Shown piece after piece: positions 1 to 11,400 of a DNA stretch of 64,000 nt; position 1 is the first letter of the stretch; each line of letters starts with the position of its first letter. This DNA is from Cenarchaeum sp. (GTDB lineage: Archaea > Thermoproteota > Nitrososphaeria > Nitrososphaerales > Nitrosopumilaceae), in assembly GCA_963692915.1 (NCBI GenBank), contig OY843584.1, positions 512,001-576,000 of the forward strand, in the 5' to 3' direction. Made by a program: the position numbers and the translations under genes. Under the pieces are notes generated by a model, which was not told the DNA's origin, did no database searches, and saw nothing but the letters and a program-made list of their open reading frames with translations.

Positions 1-2150
1 GCGAACGCCTTGCGCTCAAGCTCTGCGGTAAAGTGTGCGCCCTCTAGGTCGCGCGGGTCACTTATGATAACCGTCGTAGTCGCAGAGTGCACAGGCTTGT
101 TTGAGATCGCCTTTGTGTGGTATGTGCCCACAAAGTCGTACTCTATACTGGACTCTGTCCTATCGCCAACCGTGTTCTCCCTGACCGAGCCGAGGACGGA
201 CTCTACTGTGCCGCGAATGTACATTGCAGTCACCCTGTACTCGCCGGGCTCAAAGACGCCGCGCTCCACAGAGTTTGTCACATAATAGTTGCCGGCCGCA
301 TCAGGCGAGGCGGACAGGAGGAGGGCGTCTGAGGGATCCGCGCCTTCTGCGAGGAACCTGACTATGACGATCGCCGTTTGATACAGCGGGTCGAGCTCGC
401 CTAGTGCGCCAGTGACTATGAACTTGCTGCCTATGTCGTACGAATCGGCGTCCATGCGTATGGAGAACTCGCTATCGGTGTGCAGCTCGGGGTCTTCCAC
501 AACGCGAAATGACGTCGATGCCAAGAGTGGTCCGTCTGTGGCCTCGACTGTATAGCGGCCAATCCTGACAGGGTCATCTGGTATGGAAAACTCGTGGCCA
601 AACCGGCCATCAGGCATTGGCCTTAGCTGCTTGAACACGACAAACTTTGGCGCCGGCGTGACTGCGGTATTCTGTATCTGCTCGATGTTCAGCGTCACCG
701 TGTCGGCCCACACCTTGTTGACCCTGCCGTCGATCCTCACGGTGTCGCCAATCCCATAGACGGCGCTGTCTGGCGCAAGCGATATGTCGGTGTCCTCCTT
801 TATGTCCTTGTCTAGCGCAAATGCCGTCGATGCCGCAAGCGTGCCGTACTTGCCCACTATCGAGTAGGAGCCGTACACGGGCTTGATCGTGCTCATATAG
901 ATCGTACCGGCAAACTGTTCCCCGTCTGTCCCAACGCCGCCATGCACGGAGTCTCGCTGCACGCCACTAGGAAACAGCACGCCCTTGTCGATCACCGTTC
1001 CCCTGGGGTTGATGACATCGTACTCGAGGCCCTCTAGCGCAAAGGTCTGGCTTGACACGGCAAGCACGCTGACCTTGTCACCGGGCAGGTATGACTCGGC
1101 GTCGGTCCGCATGGCGAGCCCCTTGATGATCTCCTCGGGTTCTGGCTCGGGCTCGCCACTCACCACGGTAAACGACGTTGCAGCGGTGCTCCCAACGTAC
1201 TTTGCCACGACATCATAGGCCCCAAGTCCTGTCCCGAGTGCCTCGCGCAGCTTTATGCTCGTCTCGTACCGGAGATCCTCTCCGGGAGTTAATGATGTCA
1301 CGCTCGTATAGTCTGTTCCTTCGACCGTTATCCTTACGTGCGCAGGCAAAAAGAACGCCGTTGACTCGGGGCGAATTCCGCCGACACTTCCGCTTATCGT
1401 CACCGTCTCACCGGACTCATACATCTCCTTGTTTGTGGACACGTGAATGGAGATCGTCTCAGGCGCCTCGCGCTCATTGGACTTTCCGTTGGACATCCCG
1501 CGCGTGTATATGTCAAAGTGCCAGTCACTGCGCGAGTCGGTGTCAAGGGCATCGTACTTTCGCTGCCATGTGTCAAGGTTGTCCTCAACGTCAATGAGTT
1601 GTGGCGTTTCATCCACTACCTCCCCCTGCAGGTTGCGCAGTATGGCCGACTCGGCAACGTTGACAAACCACTCGCCGGTTCTTGTGAACGTGAAGAACTG
1701 CTCTGGCCGAAGCACGACGCCGGATGGAATGGTGGTTGTCGTTTGCGTGACGCCAGAAGTCACGGTCCAGCCCCCGACGTCCACATTGGAGGACGTTGGG
1801 TTGTATATCTCCACCCACTCAAACGTGTTAAACCCGTCCTCGCCAAACGGGTTGATCTCGATCTCGTTGATCACAATGCGTTTCTCGTCATCTCTTGCCA
1901 TGGCTGCAGTCTCTGCGATATCCTGCATGGAGTCATCCTCGCCCTCGTGCGTGTGCTCTTCTTCACCCTCGTGCGTGTGCGGTTCTGAGTCGCCTTCATG
2001 CGTGTGCGGCTCTGCATCGCCTTGTTCCATGGCCATGCCAGGATCCGCAAGCTCGGCTGCCGGCTGCCCTGCATCTTCCTGGGCGAATGCTGATGGTGCA
2101 GCTAGCGCAATGGCTAGAGCCACCATGGACATGAGGGCTGCCGGTGTCAT
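1..2150 (-). CDS. Large secreted/surface protein with lamin-tail domain and Ig-like repeats (3' end runs off the window)
   Basis: Minus-strand frame from ATG at 2150: signal peptide MTPAALMSMVALAIALAAPSAFA, HTHEG repeats, then LTD motif IVINEIEINP..EWVEIYNPTSSNVDVGGW. Missing from the ORF track, presumably because its stop lies outside the window. Confidence 0.8.
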   Translation of the reverse strand, partial: MTPAALMSMVALAIALAAPSAFAQEDAGQPAAELADPGMAMEQGDAEPHTHEGDSEPHTHEGEEEHTHEGEDDSMQDIAETAAMARDDEKRIVINEIEINPFGEDGFNTFEWVEIYNPTSSNVDVGGWTVTSGVTQTTTTIPSGVVLRPEQFFTFTRTGEWFVNVAESAILRNLQGEVVDETPQLIDVEDNLDTWQRKYDALDTDSRSDWHFDIYTRGMSNGKSNEREAPETISIHVSTNKEMYESGETVTISGSVGGIRPESTAFFLPAHVRITVEGTDYTSVTSLTPGEDLRYETSIKLREALGTGLGAYDVVAKYVGSTAATSFTVVSGEPEPEPEEIIKGLAMRTDAESYLPGDKVSVLAVSSQTFALEGLEYDVINPRGTVIDKGVLFPSGVQRDSVHGGVGTDGEQFAGTIYMSTIKPVYGSYSIVGKYGTLAASTAFALDKDIKEDTDISLAPDSAVYGIGDTVRIDGRVNKVWADTVTLNIEQIQNTAVTPAPKFVVFKQLRPMPDGRFGHEFSIPDDPVRIGRYTVEATDGPLLASTSFRVVEDPELHTDSEFSIRMDADSYDIGSKFIVTGALGELDPLYQTAIVIVRFLAEGADPSDALLLSASPDAAGNYYVTNSVERGVFEPGEYRVTAMYIRGTVESVLGSVRENTVGDRTESSIEYDFVGTYHTKAISNKPVHSATTTVIISDPRDLEGAHFTAELERKAF

Positions 2151-2376
2151 GTGTGCTCGATTTCTGTGATCAGGTATATAACCCTTAGAGCGTCTCCTCG
2201 CCTAGTATGCCACTGTGGTGTTGTGGGAGCTCTAGGGTCTTGAGTGTCCCGCGCACGCGGGGCTCTGTCCGGTCGGCAACAATAATAACGCAGGGCACGC
2301 GCGCAACACGCATGAGAGAGCGCAGCGTCACCGGTGCGTGCACGCTTGCGGCTCACGCGCGGATGGTGTGCTTCGC

Positions 2377-3969
2377 GTGACAAAGCTCATTTTTGTGACA
2401 GGCGGTGTGATGTCTGGCCTCGGCAAGGGTGTCGTCTCCTCCTCTATTGCCAAGCTCCTGCAACTCTCAGACCAGCGTGTCTCGTGCATAAAGATCGATC
2501 CATACCTAAACTATGACGCCGGCACGATGAACCCTGTGGCCCATGGGGAAGTCTTTGTGACCGAGGATGGCGGTGAGTGCGACATGGACATCGGCAACTA
2601 TGAGCGCTTTCTCAATCAGAACATGACAAAGTCACACAACATCACGACATCGCAGGTGTACTCGTCCGTGATGGAAAAAGAGCGGCGAGGAGACTATCTT
2701 GGCGCATGCGTCCAGATAATACCACATATCACAGACGAGATAAAGTCGCGCATACGAGGGACGGCCGAGGACGAGTCACTTGACATGCTAGTTGTGGAGT
2801 GTGGCGGAACGGTTGGGGACATTGAGAGCCTGCCATTTCTTGAGGCCTTGCGGCAGATACGTGTGGAGGACGGCCCGCAGAATGTCGCCTTTGTTCATGT
2901 CACGCTTGCACCGTCGCTTGACGCCGTGGGGGAGCAAAAGACAAAGCCAACACAACACAGCGTGCAGGAGCTTCGACGCATAGGCATACAGCCGGACTAT
3001 GTGGCCGTCCGGTGTGAACAGCCACTCGAGGATTCTACAAGGAAAAAGATTGCGCTTTTCACCAACGTTCCGGAGGGTGATGTCCTCTCGTGCCACGACG
3101 TAAAAACGATATTTCGTGTGCCGCACGAGCTGTATGGCCAGGGCATTGTGGACTCTATGTTCAAAAAGTTTGGCAAGGTTGGCCTCGTTAACACGTCTGG
3201 CCTCTGGTCAAGCTGGTCGTCCATCGTCGACTCACTTGAGCCACAGGGCGATGCTGTCCGAATAGCCATGGTTGGCAAGTATGTCACGCTTGCTGACAGC
3301 TATGTCAGCGTAAACCACGCGCTCCGCCACGCCGGCGCAGCCATAGGCCGCAAGGTCGAGATTAAGTGGATTGACTCCGAGACGCTCGGCGAGGGCTCGC
3401 TTGGCGGATATGGCGGGATAATCGTGCCTGGCGGGTTTGGGACGCGAGGGGCCGAGGGGATAATCGCGGCCGCCGAGCACGCGCGCCTCACAGACACGCC
3501 ATACCTCGGGATATGCTTTGGGTTCCAGCTTGCAGCAGTGGCCTTTGCGCGCGGCGCGTGCGGAATCGACGGCGCGACGTCCACGGAGCTCGACGAGTCC
3601 GCCGCCGAGCCAGTAGTTGGCCTGCTCCCCGAACAGCGTGACGTGGACGGCATGGGCGGCTCGCTGCGGCTCGGTGCCCACGAGATCGAGCTCACAGCCG
3701 GCTCGCGCGCCGAGTCGATATACGAGACGGGTGCCATATCGAGGCGCCACCGACACCGCTACGAGTTCACCCTGGACTATCGCGAGCGTTTTGCTCAGGC
3801 TGGCATGGTCTTTAGCGGCCAGAGCGACTCTGGCAGGCGCATGGAGATCCTCGAGATACCAAAGCACAAGTTCTTCGTCGGCGTGCAGTTCCATCCGGAA
3901 TTTAGCAGCAGGCCGGGCGCTCCAGAGGGCGCATTTGGCGCCTTTGTTGCAGCCGCAGCCGGCGCCTAG
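2377..3969 (+). CDS. pyrG: CTP synthase
   Basis: [28 protein letters not shown] glutaminase Cys, RHRHRYE, QFHPEF. GTG at 2377 taken as start. Confidence 0.97.
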   Translation: MTKLIFVTGGVMSGLGKGVVSSSIAKLLQLSDQRVSCIKIDPYLNYDAGTMNPVAHGEVFVTEDGGECDMDIGNYERFLNQNMTKSHNITTSQVYSSVMEKERRGDYLGACVQIIPHITDEIKSRIRGTAEDESLDMLVVECGGTVGDIESLPFLEALRQIRVEDGPQNVAFVHVTLAPSLDAVGEQKTKPTQHSVQELRRIGIQPDYVAVRCEQPLEDSTRKKIALFTNVPEGDVLSCHDVKTIFRVPHELYGQGIVDSMFKKFGKVGLVNTSGLWSSWSSIVDSLEPQGDAVRIAMVGKYVTLADSYVSVNHALRHAGAAIGRKVEIKWIDSETLGEGSLGGYGGIIVPGGFGTRGAEGIIAAAEHARLTDTPYLGICFGFQLAAVAFARGACGIDGATSTELDESAAEPVVGLLPEQRDVDGMGGSLRLGAHEIELTAGSRAESIYETGAISRRHRHRYEFTLDYRERFAQAGMVFSGQSDSGRRMEILEIPKHKFFVGVQFHPEFSSRPGAPEGAFGAFVAAAAGA

Positions 3970-4970
3970 GGTGTGTGGGCGAGCTCGTAGAGTCTCTGTC
4001 TAGAGTCCCTGTCTGAGACGCGCCTGTTTACGTGACCGTTGTCGATTAGGTTCCTTAGGGCAAAACGCATAGTGCGCGCCGGCAGCATGGTTCTAGACGA
4101 TATTTCACGCAGCGTCATCGGCGTGCCTCCGTATTCCAGCGCCTTTAGGATTAGTTTTGCGCTCGGCGACATCTTTAGCAGGTCCCCGGCGAGATCAACC
4201 TTTTTTGCGAGGCCAGACATTGCAGATATTGCAGTGCCCATGCGCACAATGTTTGCAGTGTGGTCCATCCTTGTGCATTTCACCCTCTCCTTGACGGCAA
4301 GGCGGTCGATGCCGTCAAGGACAACCTCGCAGTGCGTCTTTGAGGATATTCCAACTATCTCTATTGCACTGGTGTCAGGAACTATGACGGGTCGCCGCGT
4401 CACGTCAAGCGAGTTTACTGAGACTATTCCAAAGGCGCGTGTGCTGGGAAATATCACCGGCCCACCAGCTGACATCGAGTATGCTGAGGAGCCCATGGGA
4501 GTTGCGATAATTATGCCATCACCGTTGTCGTGCCAGACCTCTTCGCCGTCGACCCTGAGCTCGTGCTCCATGAGCATCGCGCTCTTTGAGGCAAAGACGG
4601 CAACGTCGTTGAGCGCCGGATGCGCGCGCTTTCCGTCAATGCTCACCCCTATGCGCGGCATCGCATCAACGTCATACTTGTGCGCGGCAAGCCCGTCGAT
4701 GTGCGATCGCAGGCTCTTGACGTCAAGGCTTGCTAGGAGCCCGGCGGACTCGCCCTCGCCCAGGCCGAGCACGGGAACCTCGGAGAGCGGCCTGTCATGA
4801 AAGTAGGCGCGCACGCCCCTGTCGCCGCCTAGGACGATTACAATGTCAGCACCGTCAACGCCTGTCTTTCGTGCCCCAATGGTGAATGCGTCAATGCCGC
4901 CCCACTGCAGCTCGCCGACTATGGCCTTGGGCGTCGTGCGCGTGCCCTGGCCGTATACCCCAACCCTCAT
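3966..4970 (-). CDS. NAD(+) kinase family protein with C-terminal winged-HTH domain
   Basis: VLGGDRG, ALND, GDGIIIATPMGSSAYSMSAGGP; C-terminal MSPSAKLILKALEY..TLREI..RTMRFAL..DSRQRLY. Confidence 0.85.
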   Translation of the reverse strand: MRVGVYGQGTRTTPKAIVGELQWGGIDAFTIGARKTGVDGADIVIVLGGDRGVRAYFHDRPLSEVPVLGLGEGESAGLLASLDVKSLRSHIDGLAAHKYDVDAMPRIGVSIDGKRAHPALNDVAVFASKSAMLMEHELRVDGEEVWHDNGDGIIIATPMGSSAYSMSAGGPVIFPSTRAFGIVSVNSLDVTRRPVIVPDTSAIEIVGISSKTHCEVVLDGIDRLAVKERVKCTRMDHTANIVRMGTAISAMSGLAKKVDLAGDLLKMSPSAKLILKALEYGGTPMTLREISSRTMLPARTMRFALRNLIDNGHVNRRVSDRDSRQRLYELAHTP

Positions 4971-5177
4971 CTGGACGCAGCGCCGTGGCGTGGGTGGTAT
5001 ATTTGGATCCCGCACCCATGCCGGCATGGGCATGGCTCTTGCCCCGTGGCCTGCTCGGGTGCATGCTGCGCTGCGCCTGGGCACCCCTGCGCTGCGCCCT
5101 CGTGGGGGCGTGCCATTGCCCACGTGGCGCATCTACACATAATAACTCGCGTCCCGGCGCGCACGGCGTTGTCCACG

Positions 5178-6467
5178 GTGTCTGAGACGCACATTCCGCT
5201 CCTGGACCTGATGGCTCGCACGCGCGCCGAGACGATGTCACTCGTCTCTGCGCTTGAGCCTGATGACCTTGTGGTCCAGACTGCGCCGTACACGAGTCCG
5301 CCAAAGTGGCACGTGGGGCATGTCAGTTGGGTCTTTGAGATGGTCATGCGCAAGCTCTACTCTACCTATGCGCAAACGCCGATGGCCGAGTCGCCATACC
5401 TCAACTCGTACTATCAACAGGCCGGCAGCCCGCACCCAAAGGCCGAGCGCGGCGCAGTCTCGCGACCCACGGCACGCGAGCTCCTCGACTATCATGCAGA
5501 GGTGACGCGCCGGCTGGACAATGTCATGCACGACCGCGCTGGCGGAGCCGAGGCACAACGCCTTCTTGCTATGGCTGTTCATCACGAGTGCCAGCACCAG
5601 GAGCTCATGGTGTATGACCTTCAACACATGCTCGCCTCGGCATACGAGCCGGCATCGTGCACCGACCCGCCGGCGCCTGCGCCACACACACGCCCGCGCA
5701 GCGTACGCATCGGCGGCGGCACACGGCGCGTTGGCCACGACGGGCGCGGATACTCGTATGACATTGAGATGCCTGCGCACACGGTTCACCTTGATGACTA
5801 TGAGATTGATGTCTTTCCAGTGACATGCGGACAGTATGCTGAATTTGTCAATGACGGGGGCTATTCGGACTATCGCCACTGGCTCTCTGACGGGTGGGAC
5901 GCGGTGCAAGAGAACTCGTGGGAGGCGCCAATGTATTGGGAGCGCGACGGGGACTCGTGGACTGTCCATGACTTTGCCGGAAGGCGCACAATCGACGTGG
6001 ACGAGCCGGTCTGCTGTGTGAGCTATTACGAGGCCGACGCGTACTGCCGATGGGCCGGCAAGAGGCTTCCGACTGAGTTTGAGTGGGAGGTCGCCGCGTG
6101 CCATGATGCAGATGGCCACGCCATGGCGTTTCCGTGGGGCGACTCGCCGCCTGATGCGACACGCGCAAACCTCCTCGAGTCGCGTCTCTGGAGGCGCGCA
6201 AGGGTGGGCGCGTATCCTGCAGGCGCAAGCCCGTCAGGATGCGAGCAGATGATCGGCGATGTCTGGGAGTGGACAAGCTCCGAGTTTGCGCCATATCCGG
6301 GATTCCAGTCCGGATTTGACGAGTACAATGACAAGTGGTTTGGGGGTCAAAAGGTCCTGCGCGGCGGCTCGTCAGCCACGCCGGCAGCCTCAATCCGCCC
6401 CACATACCGCAACTTTTTCCGGCCTCAAGAGCGCTGGATGTTTGCGGGATTCCGCTGCGCGAGCTAG
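5178..6467 (+). CDS. egtB: Ergothioneine biosynthesis sulfoxide synthase EgtB
   Basis: SPPKWHVGH, HHECQHQEL iron ligands, FGE-sulfatase motifs RLPTEFEWE, GDVWEWT, YRNFF. Start uncertain (5169-5211). Confidence 0.92.
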   Translation: MSETHIPLLDLMARTRAETMSLVSALEPDDLVVQTAPYTSPPKWHVGHVSWVFEMVMRKLYSTYAQTPMAESPYLNSYYQQAGSPHPKAERGAVSRPTARELLDYHAEVTRRLDNVMHDRAGGAEAQRLLAMAVHHECQHQELMVYDLQHMLASAYEPASCTDPPAPAPHTRPRSVRIGGGTRRVGHDGRGYSYDIEMPAHTVHLDDYEIDVFPVTCGQYAEFVNDGGYSDYRHWLSDGWDAVQENSWEAPMYWERDGDSWTVHDFAGRRTIDVDEPVCCVSYYEADAYCRWAGKRLPTEFEWEVAACHDADGHAMAFPWGDSPPDATRANLLESRLWRRARVGAYPAGASPSGCEQMIGDVWEWTSSEFAPYPGFQSGFDEYNDKWFGGQKVLRGGSSATPAASIRPTYRNFFRPQERWMFAGFRCAS

Positions 6468-7477
6468 CGTGAGCAGAGAACTAGCGCATAGTGGCGTGCC
6501 GAGTCGTTCCACGTGCGCCTTACGCGCAGGCCGGCGCCGGCGAGCATGCCGGCGATCCCCTCAGGCGTGTACTTGTGCGAATATTCGGTGAGGACAAGCT
6601 CCCCGCAGCGCAGGCTTATGCGCTTGCCGCACACCTCGATGTCCTGCATCTCAAGCGAGCGCAGGTACATCTCTATCCTGCGCTCTTCTGCATTGTACAC
6701 GACATGGTGCTTGAACTTTGAGACGTCAATGCTGCCGCCAAGCTCCGAGTTTATGCGATGGAGAAGGTTCAGGTTGAACTCTGCGGTGACACCAGAGGCG
6801 TCATCATATGCGGGCACGAGGGTTGACTCGGGCTTGTCCAGGTCGACTCCGATGAGCAGCATGTCATCATCACGCATCACTGATGCGATCGTTCCGAGGA
6901 ACGAGCGCGCCTCGTCATCGGCAAGGTTGCCTATGCTCGATCCGAGAAACGCAATCAGGGCGGGAGTGTCTCCGGAGGCGTGCGCTAGGCGCAAGCCATT
7001 CTCGTACGTGTCCTCCACGCCGACTATGCGCAGCCACGCGTACGCGTCAAGGAGTCCGCGCGAGCTGGACTCTAGCGTGCGCGAGACGTCTATTGGCGAG
7101 TACACGACATCGCCCTGTGCCTCGTTCATCCTCTCCAGGATTATCCTCGTCTTTGTCGACGAGCCGCTTCCAAGCTCTATCAGGCGGCAGCGTGGAGGCA
7201 GCATTGATGCCAGCTCGCCGCCGGCGCACTCTAGTATCTCAGTCTCGGCGCGCGTGAGATAGTATTCGGGCAGCGCGCATATCCTCTCAAATATCTCCGA
7301 GCCACGATCATCATACAGGAACCTCGCGTCTAGCCTCTTTTCCTGCTCACACAGGCCTCGCCTCGCGCAGTCGCCAAAGTCCGCAGCAGCGCCTCCATTC
7401 TGCGGCACATAGTACTCTAGCCTAGGGGACGGACTGCGCCTCTCATACGTCGTGCCATGGCCTGTCTCTGGATTCGT
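6464..7477 (-). CDS. egtD: L-histidine N-alpha-trimethyltransferase EgtD
   Basis: FLYDDRGSEIFERICALPEYYLTRAE, ELGSGSSTKT, FLGSSIGN, AYDDASGVTAEFNLN, TEYSHKY. Start uncertain (ACG 7477, GTG 7408 or ATG 7531). Confidence 0.92.
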   Translation of the reverse strand, partial: TNPETGHGTTYERRSPSPRLEYYVPQNGGAAADFGDCARRGLCEQEKRLDARFLYDDRGSEIFERICALPEYYLTRAETEILECAGGELASMLPPRCRLIELGSGSSTKTRIILERMNEAQGDVVYSPIDVSRTLESSSRGLLDAYAWLRIVGVEDTYENGLRLAHASGDTPALIAFLGSSIGNLADDEARSFLGTIASVMRDDDMLLIGVDLDKPESTLVPAYDDASGVTAEFNLNLLHRINSELGGSIDVSKFKHHVVYNAEERRIEMYLRSLEMQDIEVCGKRISLRCGELVLTEYSHKYTPEGIAGMLAGAGLRVRRTWNDSARHYALVLCSR

Positions 7478-7529
7478 GTGCGCCGCGCGCGGGGATTTAC
7501 ATAAATGCCTATTGCAACGGTGCCGGCCC

Positions 7530-8483
7530 ATGGCCGGCGAACCCCTGCTGCGCATGAGCGGCGTCTCAAAGTCGTTTCTCGGCGCGCGCGGGGGCACCGT
7601 GGATGCAGTGCGCGACGTCTCCGTCGAGGTCTCACGCGGCGAGATACTCGTGCTGGCCGGCGAGTCTGGTTCGGGCAAGTCAACGCTGGCCAGGCTGATT
7701 CTTGGGGCCGAGAGGCGCGACTCGGGAAGCATGACGTTTGCGGGTCGCGAGATCGGCCAAGGTGCGGCTGACATGTCATACGTGCGGAGGCGCTGCTCGT
7801 TCGTTCAGCAGGATCCGTACGACTCGCTAAACCCGCGCATGGCACTCGATGAGATCGTCGCCGAGCCGCTCGAAGCGCACAAAATCGGCAATGACCATGA
7901 GAGGCGCGCGATCGCCACATCGACGCTCGCATCCGTTGGCCTCGAGCCGGCCGCCGAGTTTGCAGCGCGCCTCCCGCACGAGCTCTCCGGCGGACAGCGC
8001 CAGCGCGTGGCCATAGCGCGTGCGCTGTCCACAAAGCCAGACCTGATAGTGGCCGACGAGCCCGTCTCGATGCTTGACGTGTCCGTGCGGGCCGAGGTTC
8101 TCGGACTCATGCGCGAGCTGCGCGACTCGCGAGGCGTGGCGTTTGTCTATATCACGCACGACCTGGCAACTGCGCGCTACCTTGGGGACACGCTGGCACT
8201 CATGTACCACGGACGTATAGTTGAGCACGGACCGGTCACGCGCGTTCTCCAAAGTCCACGCCATCCGTACACGCGAGCACTCATCGATGCGCTTCCGTCC
8301 GCTGAGCGCCACGCGCGCATGGACGCGCCGGTCATGGCCTGCGACGCTGCAACCAGCGGGTGCGCGTTTCGCCCCCAGTGCGCACATGCCATAGACGAGT
8401 GCAAGAATGTGCCGACCCTCCAAAGGCGCAGTGGCGAGTGGGATGTCGCGTGCTTTGCGCCTTTGGACAGCGCGGACGACTAG
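7530..8483 (+). CDS. Oligopeptide/dipeptide ABC transporter ATP-binding protein
   Basis: GESGSGKST, LSGGQRQR, VADEP, C-terminal HPYT..GCAFRPQC domain. Confidence 0.92.
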   Translation: MAGEPLLRMSGVSKSFLGARGGTVDAVRDVSVEVSRGEILVLAGESGSGKSTLARLILGAERRDSGSMTFAGREIGQGAADMSYVRRRCSFVQQDPYDSLNPRMALDEIVAEPLEAHKIGNDHERRAIATSTLASVGLEPAAEFAARLPHELSGGQRQRVAIARALSTKPDLIVADEPVSMLDVSVRAEVLGLMRELRDSRGVAFVYITHDLATARYLGDTLALMYHGRIVEHGPVTRVLQSPRHPYTRALIDALPSAERHARMDAPVMACDAATSGCAFRPQCAHAIDECKNVPTLQRRSGEWDVACFAPLDSADD

Positions 8484-11400
8484 GCAGCAACCCGCTGCGC
8501 GTGGCGATCCTTGTACACTACTACATGCGAGACGCCGTTCTTGGGGTAGACGCCGTATATGAGGCCGGCCCTCTTCACGACAGAGTCCTTGAGCGAGACG
8601 GCGATAAACTGGCTCTCGCCTGCCCGCTCGGCAAGTATCTTTGAGAGCCTCTCGGAGTTTGGGGTGTCAAGGTGCGCGTCGACCTCGTCGAACAGGTAAA
8701 ACGGTGAGGGCTTTAGCTTTTGCAGCGCAAGGACGAACACTATGGCGGCCAGTGACTTTTCCCCGCCGCTTATGGACGCCGAGTCGCGCTTTGGCTTGTT
8801 TGGGAACTGTATGATATACGATATGCCTGAATTGAATATGTCGTCCTCATTTTGCAGCTCTATCCACGCGTTGCCGCCGGTCATCTTTTCAAATGTCCGG
8901 CGTATCTCGCCCTCCACGGTGTCAAACGCGTCGAGGAATGTCTGGCGCTTTTCCTTCTCGACACCCTCGATAAAGCTCACAATGCCGTTCCTCTCTGCCT
9001 CAAGTGAGTTCTTTTTGGCCGACGTCTCGCGGTATCCGCCTGACACCTCGATGTACTTTGCTGGCGCACCGGCGTTTAGGCTAGTCATCGCGTCAAGCTC
9101 CGATCGCAGTGCGCGCAGGAGCGGCGCGACATCAACGTCACCTGCGTCCTCATCCACGCTGTGCGCTGCGCATACCCTGCGCAGGGTCGTCTCACTTGAT
9201 GCCAGGTCATCCAAGTCACGCCGCAGCGCGTCCTCTTGCCGCTGCGCCGATCCGATGTCCCTGCCGATCGAGCGCTCGCGCTCGCGCATCTTGTCGAGCC
9301 TTGCGTCATACTCGGACAATCGCGAGACGGATGCGCCCGAGGTTGATATGAGCTCCTGCTCGCGCTCGCGCATACTTACAACCCTGGCCTCGCGCTCAGA
9401 CGCGTGTGATTGGAGCTCGGAGACTCGTGCCTCGATGTCAGACTGCTCGGCGGCCAGCTCGGAGCGTTCGGCCTCTAGTCGACTGATCGTCATGTCAGCC
9501 CGCTCCACGGCAGCCTCGGCGGCCGTCAGCCTAGATGACACCTCGCGCTCCTCGGAGAGCGCCAGCCTGTCCTCATCCTCCAGCTCTGCCTTTTTCTCGC
9601 CGAGGCGCGTGACCTCGCCGGCTATTGCGTCATGTCCGTCACCACGCTCTGACCTTATCGCCGATATCCTTGCGTCAAGCTCCTTTACTACAGGCTCTAG
9701 GCGCGCCACCTCGCTTTTGGCGTACTCGAGCCTCTGCGCAAGCCTTGCGTTCTGCTCGTCAATCCGCCCGACGACGCGCCTTGCGCCCCCGATCTTTGCC
9801 ACGAGGTCATCGTGCGTGCTCTTTGATGTCGCAATGCCTGACTCGTGAGTCGCAAGCCTCGTGCGCGCGTGCTGCATGGCCACTTCCATGCGCAACAGCA
9901 CTGCCCTCTTTTTTTCTGCATAGCGCTTTATCATGCCTATTGACTGGAGTAGGCCATCAACGGTGGCCCCCATCGATATTCGCTTTGTCAGGTCAGTTAT
10001 CCTCGAGCCCGCATCCATGATCGACGCTGAGGCGCCCGGCTCAAAGAGCTCCCCGTCAAGTGTCACTGCCCTGTGGCCTGCTGCTGCCAGCCTGCGCGCA
10101 GCATCCCTCGAGCCTGCAAGCGCGACGTTCCCAAAGAGAAACTCCACTATCACCGCATGGCGGCGATCGCACTTTATGTGGTCGGCAAGCAGCCCGTCTG
10201 AGCCCTCGGGAGCCACCGGCCTTGATCTGGCCATGCCGCCCAGCGCGATCACCTTTAGGCGTGACATGCCCTGCGAGCGCGCATACTCGGTGATGCCGAC
10301 CATGGTGTCGATGTCTCTTGTGACTATGGCCTTGAGCCATTCTGAGCCTGCCGCAAGCACGGCGCGCTCGTAGGCCGGCTCCCACGAGACCATCTCGTAT
10401 GCGACTCCCTCGATCCCGATCTTGCCAGCATTCTCCCTGAGGCGCGATACCGAATAGTCCTCATGCATTATGCCCTTTATGATCTTCATCTTTGCCCTGT
10501 ACCGCGTTGCGGCTCTCTCGGATTTTGTGACTATGGTGCCGAGCTCCTCGATGTCCTGCATGATCTGGGTTCTTTTGGCCTCTAGCGTCTCAATTCGCTC
10601 GCGCACGTCTGCGTGTGACCTTGTGTGGTAGGATATCACGCGCAAAAGTCGCGAGTCTATGGACTCGAGTCTTGCAATGTCCTCGGCAATCGCCTTGCGC
10701 CTTGACGCGTTGGCCGACGATCTCGCGTCAATCTCGCCCATCTCCCTCTTTAGGTTTGATGCTGACAGCGCGTCGGCATCGCGCGCGTCAGTGGCCTCCT
10801 TTGCCCTGCGCTCCGAGTCTGCTGCGCGCTCTGAAATCTCGGCGTGGCGTTGCAGTGCTTCGGCTAGCGCCGTGCCGCTCTCCTCTAGCCTGCCGCCGAT
10901 ACCCTTTCTCCTCTCGCCAACTGTGTCAAGTGACTTGCGCAGCGCATCGGCGTTTAGGACGGCCTCGCCTCGTTCCGCAGATGCGGACTTGACCTCAGTG
11001 TCGATCGCCGGAAGCCTGGCGCGTATGTGCGCAGCGCGGCGCTCGGCCACTGCCACGGCGCCCTTTGCCTCCTCGACCATTCGGTACGCCTCGGCTAGCT
11101 CTGTGTCGACCTCTGCCCTTGCGCGGCTGTGCGCATCGGCCTTTGCGGCAAACTCGGCCTTTTCTGCCTCGAGTGCGGCCATCTCTACGGCTAGCGCCGT
11201 GCCCTCCTCGCGTTTCAGGCGTATGCGCTCGGCGACGAGTCTGGCCTCCTCGTCCTTTGCGGCCCTATCTGCCACAACGCCCCTGAGGCGCGCTGCGGCA
11301 TCTATGGCGTTGAGGCGCGATATCTCGGTCTCTAGCGCGCCATGGCGCAGAAACGCGTTGCGCTCGGCTTCCAGGTCATCAATGTACTTTTTGACCTCGC

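Noticed and set aside
5178-7477. Ergothioneine genes in an archaeon as a novelty
   Set aside because: egtB/egtD homologues are already known from archaea, including this group to my knowledge.
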